A stretch of DNA of 64,000 nt from Eledone cirrhosa (lineage: Eukaryota), in assembly GCA_964016885.1 (NCBI GenBank), contig OZ024745.1:81034001-81098000 (forward strand), in the 5' to 3' direction. Under the pieces are notes generated by a model that made no database searches, had not been told where the DNA came from, and saw nothing but the letters and a program-made list of their open reading frames with translations. The position numbers were made by a program, and so were the translations under genes. Positions within the stretch are counted from its first letter, which is position 1; each line of letters starts with the position of its first letter. This document shows positions 27,120 through 40,710 of this stretch, piece by piece.

Positions 27120-27802
27120 AATAACTTAATTTCCTTCACGCTGTTTCGCTATTACATAGAAATGATTTTCTCTGTTTTTTCTACGATTTTCTCCGAAAAA
27201 TCTAAAAGTTTATGAAAATTCCTATATCTTAAATTAAAAAGTCCTTTATTGTATGTATGTGTAGGTGTATATATATATATATATATTTATATGTATATAT
27301 ATCTATGTATGCGTATGTATATATATGAATATATTCTTTTAATAATATATAGTCTTAATAATATATAGATCTCAATAATCTAATTGATAAACTAAACATT
27401 TAATCATATTTAAACAATGGTTAAAATTCTCCTATTATTTATGTATTTTCCATTCATGCTTATTTACTCTTCTTTACTCATCCATTAAATATTTATTCTT
27501 TCACTTCATCTCAAAAGTTTAGCTAATACAACAACCTATCACTTAGGGCTTTCTCTTTCTCTTTTCTTTTTTCTTCTCTTTCTCCTTTTCTTATTTTCCT
27601 CTTAGAGTTTGCTCTTTTTTCTCTTTCTCTTTCTTCATAACCCAACGGCTTATTTAAATCTACTGTGATTTAAAAATATCCGACACTAATTTGCATAATA
27701 GTATAAATAAATTTATAACCCCACTATCCGGGAGCTTCCAACAGAAATGGTCACATTCTTTAAGGGTATGTAAATATTTATTCATAAAACTGGTCTATAT
27801 TA

Positions 27803-27867
27803 TATTTTATCTGATGAAAGCACACCATAATTTAACTTGGTGTCCTTGAAATATGTATAATGAAATA
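27803..27867 (+). ncRNA. Type-I hammerhead ribozyme in a PLE pLTR remnant
   Basis: ATTTTAT-CTGATGA-[AAGCACACCA..TGGTGTCCTT]-GAAA-TATGTA-TA-ATGAAAT. Stem I and stem II pair. Confidence 0.6.
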
Positions 27868-28014
27868 AATATGGTTTTATAAATATAGTTTCCATTTGTT
27901 AATATATCGTATATATATATATATATATATATATAGTCTATATTTCATCACACACCTGTGACATCATCAGTGGTACTATTATGTTTAATCCCGTTGTATT
28001 GTAATCTCTACCCC

Positions 28015-28016
<2 letters not shown>

Positions 28017-28057
<41 letters not shown>

Positions 28058-28688
28058 TATATATAAATATATATAGATATATATAAATATATATAGATAT
28101 ATATAAATATATATAGATATATATAAATATAAATATATATAGATATATAGATATATAAATATATATAGATATATAGATATATAAATATATATAGATATAT
28201 AGATATATAAATATATATAGATATATATAGATATATATAAATATATATAGATATATATAGATATATATAAATATATATAGATATATATAGATATATATAA
28301 ATATATATAGATATATATAGATATATATAAATATATATAGATATATATAGATACATATAAATATATATAAATATATATATAAATATATATAGATATATAT
28401 AAATATATATAGATATATATAAATATATATAGATATATATAAATATATATAGATATATATAAATATATATAGATATATATAGATATATATAGATATATAT
28501 AAATATATATAGATATATATAAATATATATAGATATATATATAAATATATATAGATATATATAAATATATATAGATATATATAAATATATATAGATATAT
28601 ATAAATATATATAGATATATATAAATATCTATAAATATATATAGATATATATAAATATATATAGATATATATAAATATATATAGATAT
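28017..28688. repeat. Compound (TA)n/ATAG/ATAA microsatellite
   Basis: Directly visible. Confidence 0.97.
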
Positions 28689-30409
28689 AAAGTTGATGGA
28701 CCAGGTCATGAAAGTAACAGAAAGAGTTATAGCACAGCTGATTAGGGACCGGGTGAATATAGACGAGATGCAATTTGGGTTTGTACCAGGGAAAGGCACC
28801 ACTGATGCCCTCTTCCTTGTGAGGCAATTACAGGAAAAGTACCTAGCTAAAAGTAAGCCACTCTACTTGGCATTTGTCGACCTTGAGAAAGCCTTTGACA
28901 GAGTTCCACGTGCAGTAATCTGGTGGGCTCTTAGAAAACTAGGAGTAGATGAATGGCTTGTGAAAGCGGTACAAGCCATGTATAGGGGAGCAGTCAGCAA
29001 AGTTAGGATTGGCAATGAGTATAGCGAGGAATTTAGCGTACAGGTTGGGGTCCACCAGGGCTCTGTTCTTAGCCCTCTCCTGTTCATCATAGTCCTGCAG
29101 GCAATAACGGAGGAGTTTAAGACCGGATGCCCATGGGAACTCCTGTATGCTGATGACCTCGCACTCATAGCTGAATCTATGGTAGAACTAGAGAATAAAT
29201 TCCAAACCTGGAAGCAGGGACTAGAGAGAAAGGGCCTCAAAGTCAACATGACAAAGACTAAGGTCCTTATAAGTAGACGAGAAAACAGAACCCAGATCCC
29301 CTCAGGGAAATGGCCTTGCTCAGTATGTAGGAAAGGTGTAGGTAGGAACTCCATTCTCTGCCCCAAATGCAAACAATGGGTACACAAGAGATGTAGCGGG
29401 ATCTCAGGAAGCTTAATTAAGAATGTAGGATTCACATGCAGCAGCTGTGCGGAAACAGCAAGCAAACAGCCACAGGAAACAAGTACCACCAATCTCTGGG
29501 AGGGCCCTGTAGAAACAGTAGACAGCTTCTGCTACCTAGGTGACCGAATTAGCAGCGGAGGTGGGTGCTCAGAAAGTACAATAACTAGGGTAAGAACGGG
29601 ATGGAAGAAGTTTAGGGAACTACTACCACTGCTAGCTGCAAAAGGCTTCTCCCTCAGAATGAAAGGCAGACTGTATGATGCGTGTATCCGAACAGCGATG
29701 TTGCATGGTAGTGAGACCTGGGCGCTGAAGGTGGAAGACTTACGTAGATTAGAGAGAAACGAAGCCTGCATGCTCCGATGGATGTGTAACAGTAATATAC
29801 GTGAACGACAAAGCATAAAGGAATTGAGAGAGAGACTGAGCATAAGAGGAATCAAATGCTGCGTGCAGGAGAGGCGGTTACGCTGGTATGGACATGTGAT
29901 GCGTATGAAGGATGACAGCTGCATAAAAAGGTGCAGAGCACTAGAAGTTGATGGAAACCGCGGAGTGGGGAGACCCAAGATGACTTGTGATGAGGTGATA
30001 AAAGCCGACCTTACCCAACTACACCTCTCAAAGTCAATGACACACGACCGTGACTTCTGGCGTCACGCAGTAATACAGGGTACCCGACCTCCCATGGGTA
30101 CATGCTGAAGCATATAAACAATATGCCCCCCCCCCCCCCCCCCACCGCAAGGTGGTCGTGGAGGTGCCACGGCAAAAAAGCACCCAGCCCACACTGTAAA
30201 GTGGACGTGTAGGCGCCACGAAAAAGCACCCAGCAATCACTGTAAATGGGGTTGGTGTTAGGAAGGGCATCCAGCTGTAGAAATCAAGCCAGATCAGTTC
30301 CTGTATGAGCAAGGCATGGTCAGCCGACCAGACACTGCCCACAACAGGACAACCCATCTAACCCATGCTAGCGTGGAAGAACGGACGTAAAACGGTGATG
30401 ATGATGATG
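28689..30409 (+). mobile_element. RTE LINE copy C, 5'-truncated, open RT-PHD ORF 28693-30108, inserted in (TA)n
   Basis: 471-aa ORF with YADD and a C4HC3 finger. (TGA)n tail. TA tracts on both sides. Confidence 0.97.
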
Positions 30410-30498
30410 ATATTTATATATATATATATTTATATATATATATTTATATATATATATAAATATATAAATATTTATATATATATAAATATATAAATATT

Positions 30499-30548
<50 letters not shown>

Positions 30549-30562
30549 TTTATATATATATA

Positions 30563-30611
<49 letters not shown>

Positions 30612-30638
30612 ATTTATATATATATATATATATTTATT

Positions 30639-30719
<81 letters not shown>

Positions 30720-30730
30720 ATAAATATATA

Positions 30731-30844
<114 letters not shown>

Positions 30845-31105
30845 TATATATTTATATATATATATATATAAATATATATATTTATATATATATATATATA
30901 TATAAATATATATTTATATATATATATAAATATATATATTTATATATATATATAAATATATATTTATATATATATATATAAATATATATTTATATATATA
31001 TATATAAATATATATATATTTATATATATTTATATATATATATATATAAATATATATATATATAAATAAATATATATATATATATAAATATATATATATA
31101 TATTT

Positions 31106-31156
<51 letters not shown>

Positions 31157-31306
31157 CATATATATATAAATATATATATATATGAATATAGACATAGAAT
31201 ATTCGAAAATATTCTGTATGTTTATAATAAACATTTTGAAGACCTAATCGCTATAGAATAGAATACGTCACGTATTACAATTAGATTCTCGATAAAAGCA
31301 AGGGAA

Positions 31307-31349
31307 GTAATCTACGCGTTTCATTCTCGTTAGAAATCATCAGGACTAC
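31307..31349 (-). ncRNA. Minimal type-I hammerhead ribozyme (mirror copy)
   Basis: Exact reverse complement of 31619-31661. Confidence 0.85.
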
Positions 31350-31618
31350 ATATCCAGTGCTTTTATCGAGAATCTAATTGTAATACGCGACGTATTCTAT
31401 TCTATAGCGATTAGGTCTTCAAAATGTTTATTATAAACATACAGAATATTTTCGAATATTCTATGTCTATATTCACATATATATCGCTATTTCAGAGCAT
31501 TTATTCCAATTTCTAATTTCTGCCGGACCGGCAACCGCTCTTTCAAACCAGTTCCTGTACACAGCTAAGTATTCTATAAGTCTCTAGCTGTGTCATTCTC
31601 GATAAAAGCACTGGATAT

Positions 31619-31661
31619 GTAGTCCTGATGATTTCTAACGAGAATGAAACGCGTAGATTAC
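31619..31661 (+). ncRNA. Minimal type-I hammerhead ribozyme
   Basis: GTAGTC-CTGATGA-TTTC(TAACGA)GAAT-GAAA-CGCG-TA-GATTAC. Stem I is GTAGTC/GATTAC, stem III is palindromic, and the cleavage triplet is GUA. Confidence 0.87.
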
Positions 31662-32180
31662 TTCCCTTGCTTTTATCGAGAATCTAATTGTAATACGTGA
31701 CGTATTCTATTCTATAGCGATTAGGTCTTCAAAATGTTTATTATAAACATACAGAATATTTTCGAATATTCTATGTCTATATTCACATATATATCGCTAT
31801 TTCAGAGCATTTATTCCAATATATATATATATATTTATATATATACATATATATATAAATATATATATATATATTTATATATATACATATATATATAAAT
31901 ATATATATATATATTTATATATATACATATATATATAAATATATATATATATATTTATATACATACATATATATATAAATATATATATATATATTTATAT
32001 ACATACATATATATATAAATATATATATATATATTTATATATATACATATATATATAAATATATATATATATATATTTATATATATACATATATATATAA
32101 ATATATATATATATATTTATATATATACATATATATATAAATATATATATATATATTTATATATATACATATATATATAA

Positions 32181-32211
<31 letters not shown>

Positions 32212-32224
32212 TATATATATATAA

Positions 32225-32255
<31 letters not shown>

Positions 32256-32400
32256 TATATATATATAAATATATATATATATATAAATATATATATATAT
32301 ATTTATATATATACATATATATATATATAAATATATATATATATATTTATATATATACATATATATATAAATATATATATATTTATATATATATATTTAT

Positions 32401-32432
<32 letters not shown>

Positions 32433-32435
<3 letters not shown>

Positions 32436-32860
32436 AAATATTAAAAAAATAATGAATAAAACAATGAAACAGTTCCTTATATTAAACAAAAAAAGTTCAT
32501 TATTTAACGATCGTTTCTAGGATATATATGTGTTAGAATTGGCATGCATATTCAACAGATCTATGTACGAAATTATACAAAATTATACAAACTATCAAAA
32601 TTAAATATACATACCAAACACATATATATGCCGTCTTCAGAAATAATTATTTCTGAAGACGGCATATATATGTGTTTGGTATGTATATTTAATTTTGATA
32701 GTTTGTATAATTTTGTATAATTTCGTACATAGATCTGTTGAATATGCATGCCAATTCTAACACATATATATCCTAGAAACGATCGTTAAATAATGAACTT
32801 TTTTTGTTTAATATAAGGAACTGTTTCATTGTTTTATTCATTATTTTTTTAATATTTTAT
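32433..32860. repeat. Spacer-less 428-bp palindrome (fold-back PLE pLTR)
   Basis: Arms mirror about 32646/32647 (CTTCAGAAATAA|TTATTTCTGAAG). No mismatch seen by eye. Confidence 0.95.
32646..32794 (+). ncRNA. Type-I hammerhead with extended stem II (mirror copy on minus at 32499-32647)
   Basis: ATTATTT-CTGAAGA-[~115 nt]-GAAA-CGATCG-TT-AAATAAT. Confidence 0.8.
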
Positions 32861-33000
32861 CTTGACTCTGTATTCCGTTTATCTTTCACCGAAAGTGATT
32901 TTTCATTGCATCTCTTCTTTCCATGATATCCGGATTACATTGAGTTCTTCATACGGATTGGACACTACCGTAAACTCTTGGTAGATTTATCTACATATAT

Positions 33001-33045
<45 letters not shown>

Positions 33046-33178
33046 TATATATATATATGTATATTTATATATATATATAAATATATATATATTTATATAT
33101 ATATATAAATATATATATATTTATATATATATATAAATATATATATATTTATATATATATATAAATATATATATATTT

Positions 33179-33260
<82 letters not shown>

Positions 33261-36200
33261 GGAGGTAAGTGCCTTTTCTCTTCACCACCAATATGGCTAT
33301 GCTAAGAGTAGGCTGTTTAAATGCGCGTGGCCTGGGCTCAACTTGGAAGCAAGCAATGCTTCTAAATGACCTCAGGTCACAACGTATAGATGTGATGGTT
33401 ATTTGCGAGGCCCGTATCAGCAACGTGCGACAGCTGGCCCCAACCTTTGATGACTTTGAGATGCACGCATCTCTCTGTCAGCCCGGAGGTGGGGGTGGAG
33501 TTGTCGTTCTGCTGCAAAAACATCTGGGTCTCGCAACACAGATGGTACATTTGGACCCGGAGGGTCGACTAGTGGTTCTGGACCTTGGCAGTAGTAAAGG
33601 CGGAGCGCTTAGGTTGGTAGCCGCCTACGGCCCTTTCGGGTCAATGCGGCCGGACTTCTTCCATCGTCTGGAGACTTTTCTAAGGACGTCCCGCTCCTTG
33701 CTATTAGTGGGGGACTGGAATGGTATCCTAGATGCACGCTGGGACTACGTAGGGGCCTGCCCCGATAGAGAGGGGTGTAATAGCCTCAAAGGGTTAATCG
33801 GTCGATTTGACCTGGCCGATAGATATCGACTAGATTTTCCGACTGCGCCAACCTGGATTTGGGCAAATCGTAGCGGATCATCTAGGTCGTACCTAGATAG
33901 GTTCTTAGTTAGAATTAAGGATAAGGACTTTTTAAGTTGTCCAAAAATGCGCATGGTTGGCTATTCAGACCACAAATTAGTGACCTGCATGGTCAACCTT
34001 GACAGAACTCATAGACAGGGCCCCGGTTACTGGAAGCTCAACTTGTCCTTGCCGGCAAGTAGAGCCTACAGGAATCGGATTAGTACGTTAGTTAAGGAAC
34101 GGTTGACTGGAGCGATCGTCAACAGCAGGTGGTGGGTATCTCTAAAGAGAGATATTAGAGTAGTCTTGATAGAATTTAGTAAGGTTCTAGCTGCGGATAG
34201 GAATAAGAAGGAAAGGGAGCTAATAGATAGAGTAGAAGAGGCAATTAGAAGCGGCGACGTGGCCAGAGTGCTAGCGTCGAGAACGGCTTTGAGCCAGTTT
34301 TTCGACGCGAAGCACGAAGGCTGCGTTGTCCGAAGTAAAATACGTGCTCTAGGGACCGAGGGGACCAAAGCTGTTAGCTGGGCCCGCGTGACAGAGGCCA
34401 ACAGTGGAACTAAATCCACCATCCGGTCTGTGCGAGACCTGGATGGACGGGCGATTCTTGAGCCTAAGCAGATGTGTGAGGCCTTTCAAAGGCACTTTGC
34501 CCGACTGTTCGGGAGGGGCGGGGAGCCGGTTGGGAACGTGGACTTTGGAGGAGCCGATTTCGGCCGCTGAGATAGAGGACGTGCTGAGCCAATGCGGCAA
34601 ACGCAAATCCCCGGGTCTCGATGGTCTTCCTTACGAATTATATCTAGCTATGCTGGACTTGTTCCCCGATCTCCTCGAGGCGGTCTACTGCAACTGGCAA
34701 CAGAACGGGAGAATTCCCTGTACTGTGACCAAGGGCGTAGTCACGCTAGTGAGGAAGGACGAGAACAAGGGGGACGAAATAAGTAACTTCAGGCCCATAA
34801 CTCTGCTAAATACAGAGTTACAGATTTTGGCCAAGGTGCTAGCAAAGAGGTTGGCGCTTGTCGTGGGCAACCTGGTGGGAGATGCGCAGACATGCGCTAT
34901 CCCGTCCAGGTCCATCCATGACAACCTCCACCTCATGCGATACATCATAGAGAGGGTTGGGAACGAACCCGGCTTTGGTGGGGCTCTGATCAACTTGGAT
35001 CAATCTAAGGCGTTCGATAGGGTCGACCATGGTTACCTGGATGCGGTGCTAGCGGCGGCAGGCTTCGGACCCGTTTTCAGGGGCTGGATCACTGCTATGC
35101 ACAGCAGCCGCATCTGCTCTAGGGTCAAGGTGAACGGCTACCTCTCGGAGCCGTTCAAAATCGCGCGGTCCATCCGACAAGGGTGCCCTCTCTCCTCCCT
35201 TCTGTATGTGTTGACTCTCGAGTCACTACTGCGGAAGTTGGAGTTGTTGCAGGGCATCCCTTTGGAACCGGGATTGCGGAAAGCGGTGTCGGCCTACGCC
35301 GATGACGTGACAGTAATGGTGTCGACGGCCTCCGAAATCGAGGCGGTCGGCACCTTACTGGAGGAGTACGAAAAGTTCACAGGGGCTAAGCTGAACCGGG
35401 ACAAGTCGATCGGTTTGCAACTCGGCACGTGGAGGGGCAGACCGATGCCCTCCGATGGCGTCGTCGGACGCTGGACGGAGGGCCCGGTGAAGTTGCTCGG
35501 GGTCTGGTTCGGACCGGACCTCCAGGTGGAGAAAAACTGGGCGGAGGTTACGAACAGGGTGTTTGCACTGACCCAGAAGTGGGCCAGTTGCAAACTATCC
35601 CTGAAAGGTCGGGCGGAGGTGGCGAACACCTACATAGCGTCCGTCATCTACTACCGCCTGACCGTAGTGCCCTGCCCAAGGGAAACCCTCACCAAGATGG
35701 AGCGCGCGCTCTTCCAATTCCTTTGGAAGAGGCGGGCTCCTATGGTGAGGAGATCCATCTGCTGTCAACACCCTTCGAAAGGAGGGCTGGGGATGCCGTG
35801 GCTAATGATGCGTAAACACGCATTAAGGCTACGGCACCTCTACGTATTCCTCACCGGACAACCGGTGTGGGCCTCGTTTGTGAGACGAACCTTTCCCAGA
35901 CTCGTCTCACTCACCGAGCTGCAATCCTGGGTCAAGCAAAGACCGAGAAAACTGGGCGCCTGGCACACTGAGTGTGCCCAGGCGCTCACCGCCCTCTGGC
36001 AGGCGGATCCGGTTATCAGTGGAGACTCCACCGCAACATTCTATAGAGGGCTGGTACGCAGCAGGTGCGACGACGCCCTTGGAGAAGCCCTAGACATGGA
36101 GGAGGACGAACTGGCCAGCCTGTTCGGTAGGACATTCAGCCCGGGACCTATGGACAACTTCCAGAAGTCCCTGGCCTGGCAGTGCTACCGAGGGGCTTTA

Positions 36201-36936
36201 CCCGTTCGAGAAAGGCTCTACAGACACGGGCGCCCGGGTAGGGACCCCGCCAAAAAGATCTGTCCCAGATGCGTGTGCGACGAGGAAACCGTTGCACACG
36301 CATTGGTACACTGCTCGGGCGTAGCCGATCTGTGGGGCTATGTCGAACAACTGCTGTCAAGGGTGGGACCGATCCGGTTGACCACCGAGTCTATTGTAAT
36401 GATCAAGCCGCCTCCCCCCTTCAAAGATGAAGCAGAGGCGGTGTTTCTGTGCGTAATAGCCATGGCGAAAGAGGTTGTATGGTGGACGCGTCTGAAAGGA
36501 CTGAGGTCAGGCACCTTTCTCTCTGGCCAACAACTGGTCCGTTTCTTCCGATATCATTTCGGAAGAAGGATCAGGATGGAGAGAGAGGTGCTGCACCCCA
36601 GCCGTTTCTATGAAAGATGGGTGAAAGTGGCGAGAATGGCCCGTGTGAATGGGCCTTCACTCTACATCAGACTATAGGTGAGGAAGATGAAAGACCAAGG
36701 GAGCACCCCTTCTGTGCTCCTGAGGAGAAGGGTTGCACACTTTTTTCGGGGTGTGTGCGACCCCCCAAGGCGCCTCCTCTCTATTGAGGATTTTGTTATA
36801 AATTTTATTTTTTGTTATATCTTATTTTATTTTTATATTTTGTTATTGCCTCCTCCTTATTGAGGACGCCTTTTTGTGTAAACTCCCCCCTTTGTACTTG
36901 TCCCACTTTTGATGCCCTAGTGGCAAATAAAAGAAA
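33261..36936 (+). mobile_element. Tx1/L1-clade LINE (ORF2: APE-RT-CCHC), truncated at the ORF1/ORF2 junction, 53-bp frameshifting deletion near 34548
   Basis: Motifs LNARGL, GDWN, SDH, GPGYWKLN, KSPGLDG, NFRPITLLN, RQGCPLS, AYADD and CPRC..ETVAHALVHC. Ends in AATAAAAGAAA. Flanked by TA tracts. Confidence 0.96.
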
Positions 36937-37202
36937 CATATATATCTATATCTCTATATCTATCTATATCTATCTATATCTATCTATATCTCTATATCTA
37001 TCTATATCTCTATATCTATCTATATCTCTATATCTATATATATCTATATCTATATATCTATATCTATATATCTATATATCTATATATATATCTATATATA
37101 TCTATATATATATCTATATCTATATATATATATCTATATATATATATCTATATATATATATATAATATAAGATCAAAAGATGGTTAAAGGAGTTCAATAT
37201 AT

Positions 37203-37267
37203 TTTATTATGCGCATTTCAAAAACAAACATCATCAAACAATAATATTTGTGTTTTCATCAGATAAA
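37203..37267 (-). ncRNA. Isolated type-I hammerhead ribozyme island within (TA)n
   Basis: Minus strand: TTTAT-CTGATGA-[AAACACAAAT..GTTTGTTTTT]-GAAA-TGCGCA-TA-ATAAA. Confidence 0.82.
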
Positions 37268-37834
37268 CATATATATATCTATATATATATATATATCTAT
37301 ATATATATATATATCTATATATATATATATATATCTATATCTATATCTATATCTATATCTATATATATATCTATATATATATCTATATATATATATCTAT
37401 ATATATATATCTATATATATATATCTATATATATATATCTATATATATATATCTATATATATATATATCTATATATCTATATCTATATATCTATATCTAT
37501 ATATCTATATATATATATATCTATATATATATATATCTATATATATATATCTATATATATCTATATATATATATCTATATATATATATCTATATATATAT
37601 ATATCTATATATATATATCTATATATATATATCTATATATCTATATCTATATATATATATAGATATATATATATATAGATATATAGATATATATAGATAT
37701 ATATAGATATATATATAGATATATATATATATCTATATATATATATATATCTATATATAGATATATATATATATCTATATATATATATAGATATATATAT
37801 ATATCTATATATATATATAGATATATATATATAG

Positions 37835-40710
37835 ATACGAGGTTACCCTTTAATAAAAGAGTTTGCATACCACAGCAAATAGATGACGAGACGGAGGCAC
37901 AGTTCACCATAGCTAGAAATAAGATTAGACAAGTAGTAGACAGGTACACTATGAGACAGAGCAGACCAGAGGCCCAATAACTTGGGATAAAACCTGTAGC
38001 AGGCTTGGTTAGCCTCAAGCAGCGCACAAGGGATGGTGAGGTAGTGTGTCTACCCACAGATAAGTCTGGTAGGATGTCAATAGATAGCATGCCGAACTAC
38101 ATCGAGGCAATGCAACCCCACATCACCAACACGAGCGAAGTTGCACAACTAACACACGATGGGAGAGAAAAAATCCTCAACGCTCACATGATGATGTGGA
38201 CTGACATCCTAAAGCCAAGCAGACGCACTGCCAACAACTTCCAGGCGTCTAACAATGGCATACCACCCTTGTATGGGCTCCGCAAAGACCACAAGACAGT
38301 CGACGACCCGACAACAGGACCACCAACAAGACCCGTATGCGGAGCTAATATAGCTAGCAACTACAGGATCTCCTACTTCCTCTCAATGGTTATACGCCCC
38401 ATAATCAAGATGTCCCCAGATGTATGTGAAAGTACAGAGGACCTCCTCAGCAGAATCAGTGAGTGCAACAAAAACAGGAGCCTATCCAACTGCATAATAG
38501 GCAGCATGGATGTGGTGTCACTGTACCCATCCATTAACATTGATTTTGCTGTGAAAAGATGTGTGGAGATGATCATTGAGAGTGAGGTGGAGTTCTGCGA
38601 CGTCGACACAGACGAACTGGGCCTCCTACTTAGACTTACCTACGACACTGACTACCTAGACAGCCATGACCTTAGATGTTTCTGCCCTAGTAGACCTATA
38701 AGAGGTAGACCCCCCACCATAACCTCAATGGCTAAAAAGACTCCCATAGGAAGGTGGATTGGGTGGACCAAAGCTATACGGACCCCCCAAAACACTGATC
38801 AGGTAAGAAAAATGGTCGCACATGCAATAGGGGCTAGTATCAAAACTACCCTAAAGGGCCACATATTTAAGTTCAATGAGAAAATCTACACCCAAAATGA
38901 GGGAGCAGCCATCGGCGTCAGCATAGCTGGTGATGTTGCCAACCTTTTCATGGTATGGTGGGAAAGGAGACTTAAAGATCTCCTTAATGAAAGCTCCATA
39001 GACCTCATCATGTACTCTCGTTATGTAGACGATATCAATATAGTTATAAGAACACCCCCACTAGAGAGCACTAACAAGTTTGATTTAGAACGTAGCACGA
39101 TGGAAAGCATCCAGCAGATAGCTAATTCCATACACCAGAGTATAACTGTAACTATAGACTTCCCTTCCAAACACCCTAACAATAGACTACCTGTATTAGA
39201 CACAGAACTCTGGATTAACACTATAGACGAGAGAGCCCAAATTCTCCACTCACACTATGCTAAACCCATGGCCTCCAAATACCTGATACTCAAAAACTCA
39301 GCAATGTCCAGTAGTGCTAAGTTTAATATTCTGATCGCAGATTTGGTACGAGTGATGAAGAATGTGTCCAGCATGTGCGACCCAACAGAAATGGAAGGAC
39401 ACATCCAACACTTCATCAACCGCATGCAGTTCTCTGGCTACAACCAAAGAGACAGAGTCAGAGTATACGAAGGAGCCATGGAAAAGTATAAGACCCTCAT
39501 AGAACTGGACATGAAAGGAATTTGCCCACTATACAGGAGCAAATCATGGAATAGCTTGGATAGGGCTAGACATAAGATAGGGAAGGCCACATCATGGTAC
39601 GACAACCAGAGATATCAGAGTGTCATGTTTGTGGACGCCACCCCTGGAGGGAAATTAGCTAACCAGTGTAGAAAGGCCCTGAGAAAGACCCACTTAAAAA
39701 TAAAGGTGGTAGAAAAGCCAGGAACCACCATAAAATCCCTGATCAGCAAAACCTACCCTTTTAAGAAAACCCACTGTACCAATAGGAAATGTATCATATG
39801 TAAGGTGAACCCCCGGATAAACTGTAAAACTAGAAACGTAGTCTATAGCATAAGATGTACAGAGGGTACTTGCAGAAACATGACAACAACATACATAGGT
39901 GAGACAGCTCGTAGCATAGGTGAAAGGATAGACCAACACTGGGGGGAACTAAAAGGACGAAAAAACGGGTCAGTACTATACGAACATGCTAGACAACAAC
40001 ATGACGGTAACATAGACAACATAGAAATTAGAATAATATCTAAACATAGGAATGACCCAGCAGATAGGCAAATCAGAGAGGCCAGTGAAATAGAAATTAG
40101 AAGACTAAAGCTAAACAGAAAGAATGAGTGGAACAACAACAACACCCAAACAAACAACACTGACCTAAGAGAAGTATAAATAAGTAAATAAAATTAAATA
40201 AAATAAGATAAATAAATACATACACAAGCACATAAACACACACTAGTCACCCAGCAGACACAACACTATACACACTAGTCACACATCACACATAACACTA
40301 TACACACACGCAAACGCATGCGCAAAGAAGACAAAATAAAATAAGATAAACAAACAAGCAAATAAATAAATAAATATATAGACAGACTGAACAAAAAAAA
40401 AAAAAAATGGCGTAGACATACAACACAACAGGAGGAACAATGAATATAACACCACTGACGATGTTGCAGATGTGCAACGAAAGATTTATGTAAATTATGT
40501 AAACTATATATATATGTGTTTGTGTCTATATTGTATCTGTATTATTTTTGACCGCCGGTCAGTCAATGGCAACATTGAGGACCGAGTAAGTTAGATCGCA
40601 GATATATATATATAAAAGACAGCGAGAAGCGAAAACCAACCAAACAGTGAGTGTGTTCTGTTATTAATTCTGGCAATATTACGCAAATATGACCCTCCCC
40701 AAATATAACG
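37835..40710 (+). mobile_element. Penelope-like element (Neptune-like): RT + Zn knuckle + GIY-YIG, 5'-truncated
   Basis: PTDKSGR, LYGLRKDHK, SMDVVSLYPSI, GAAIG, RYVDD, CxxxxCxxC and VVYSIRC...YIGETARSIGERIDQH. In-frame TAA at ~37978. Partial CTGACGA...GAAA core at ~40455. Confidence 0.93.

Larger units (their letters stand above)
31184..31820 (+). mobile_element. ORF-less PLE pLTR element: inverted copy plus partial tandem direct repeat
   Basis: 31184-31372 is the reverse complement of ~31596-31785. ~31358-31510 is directly repeated at ~31668-31820. Confidence 0.85.
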
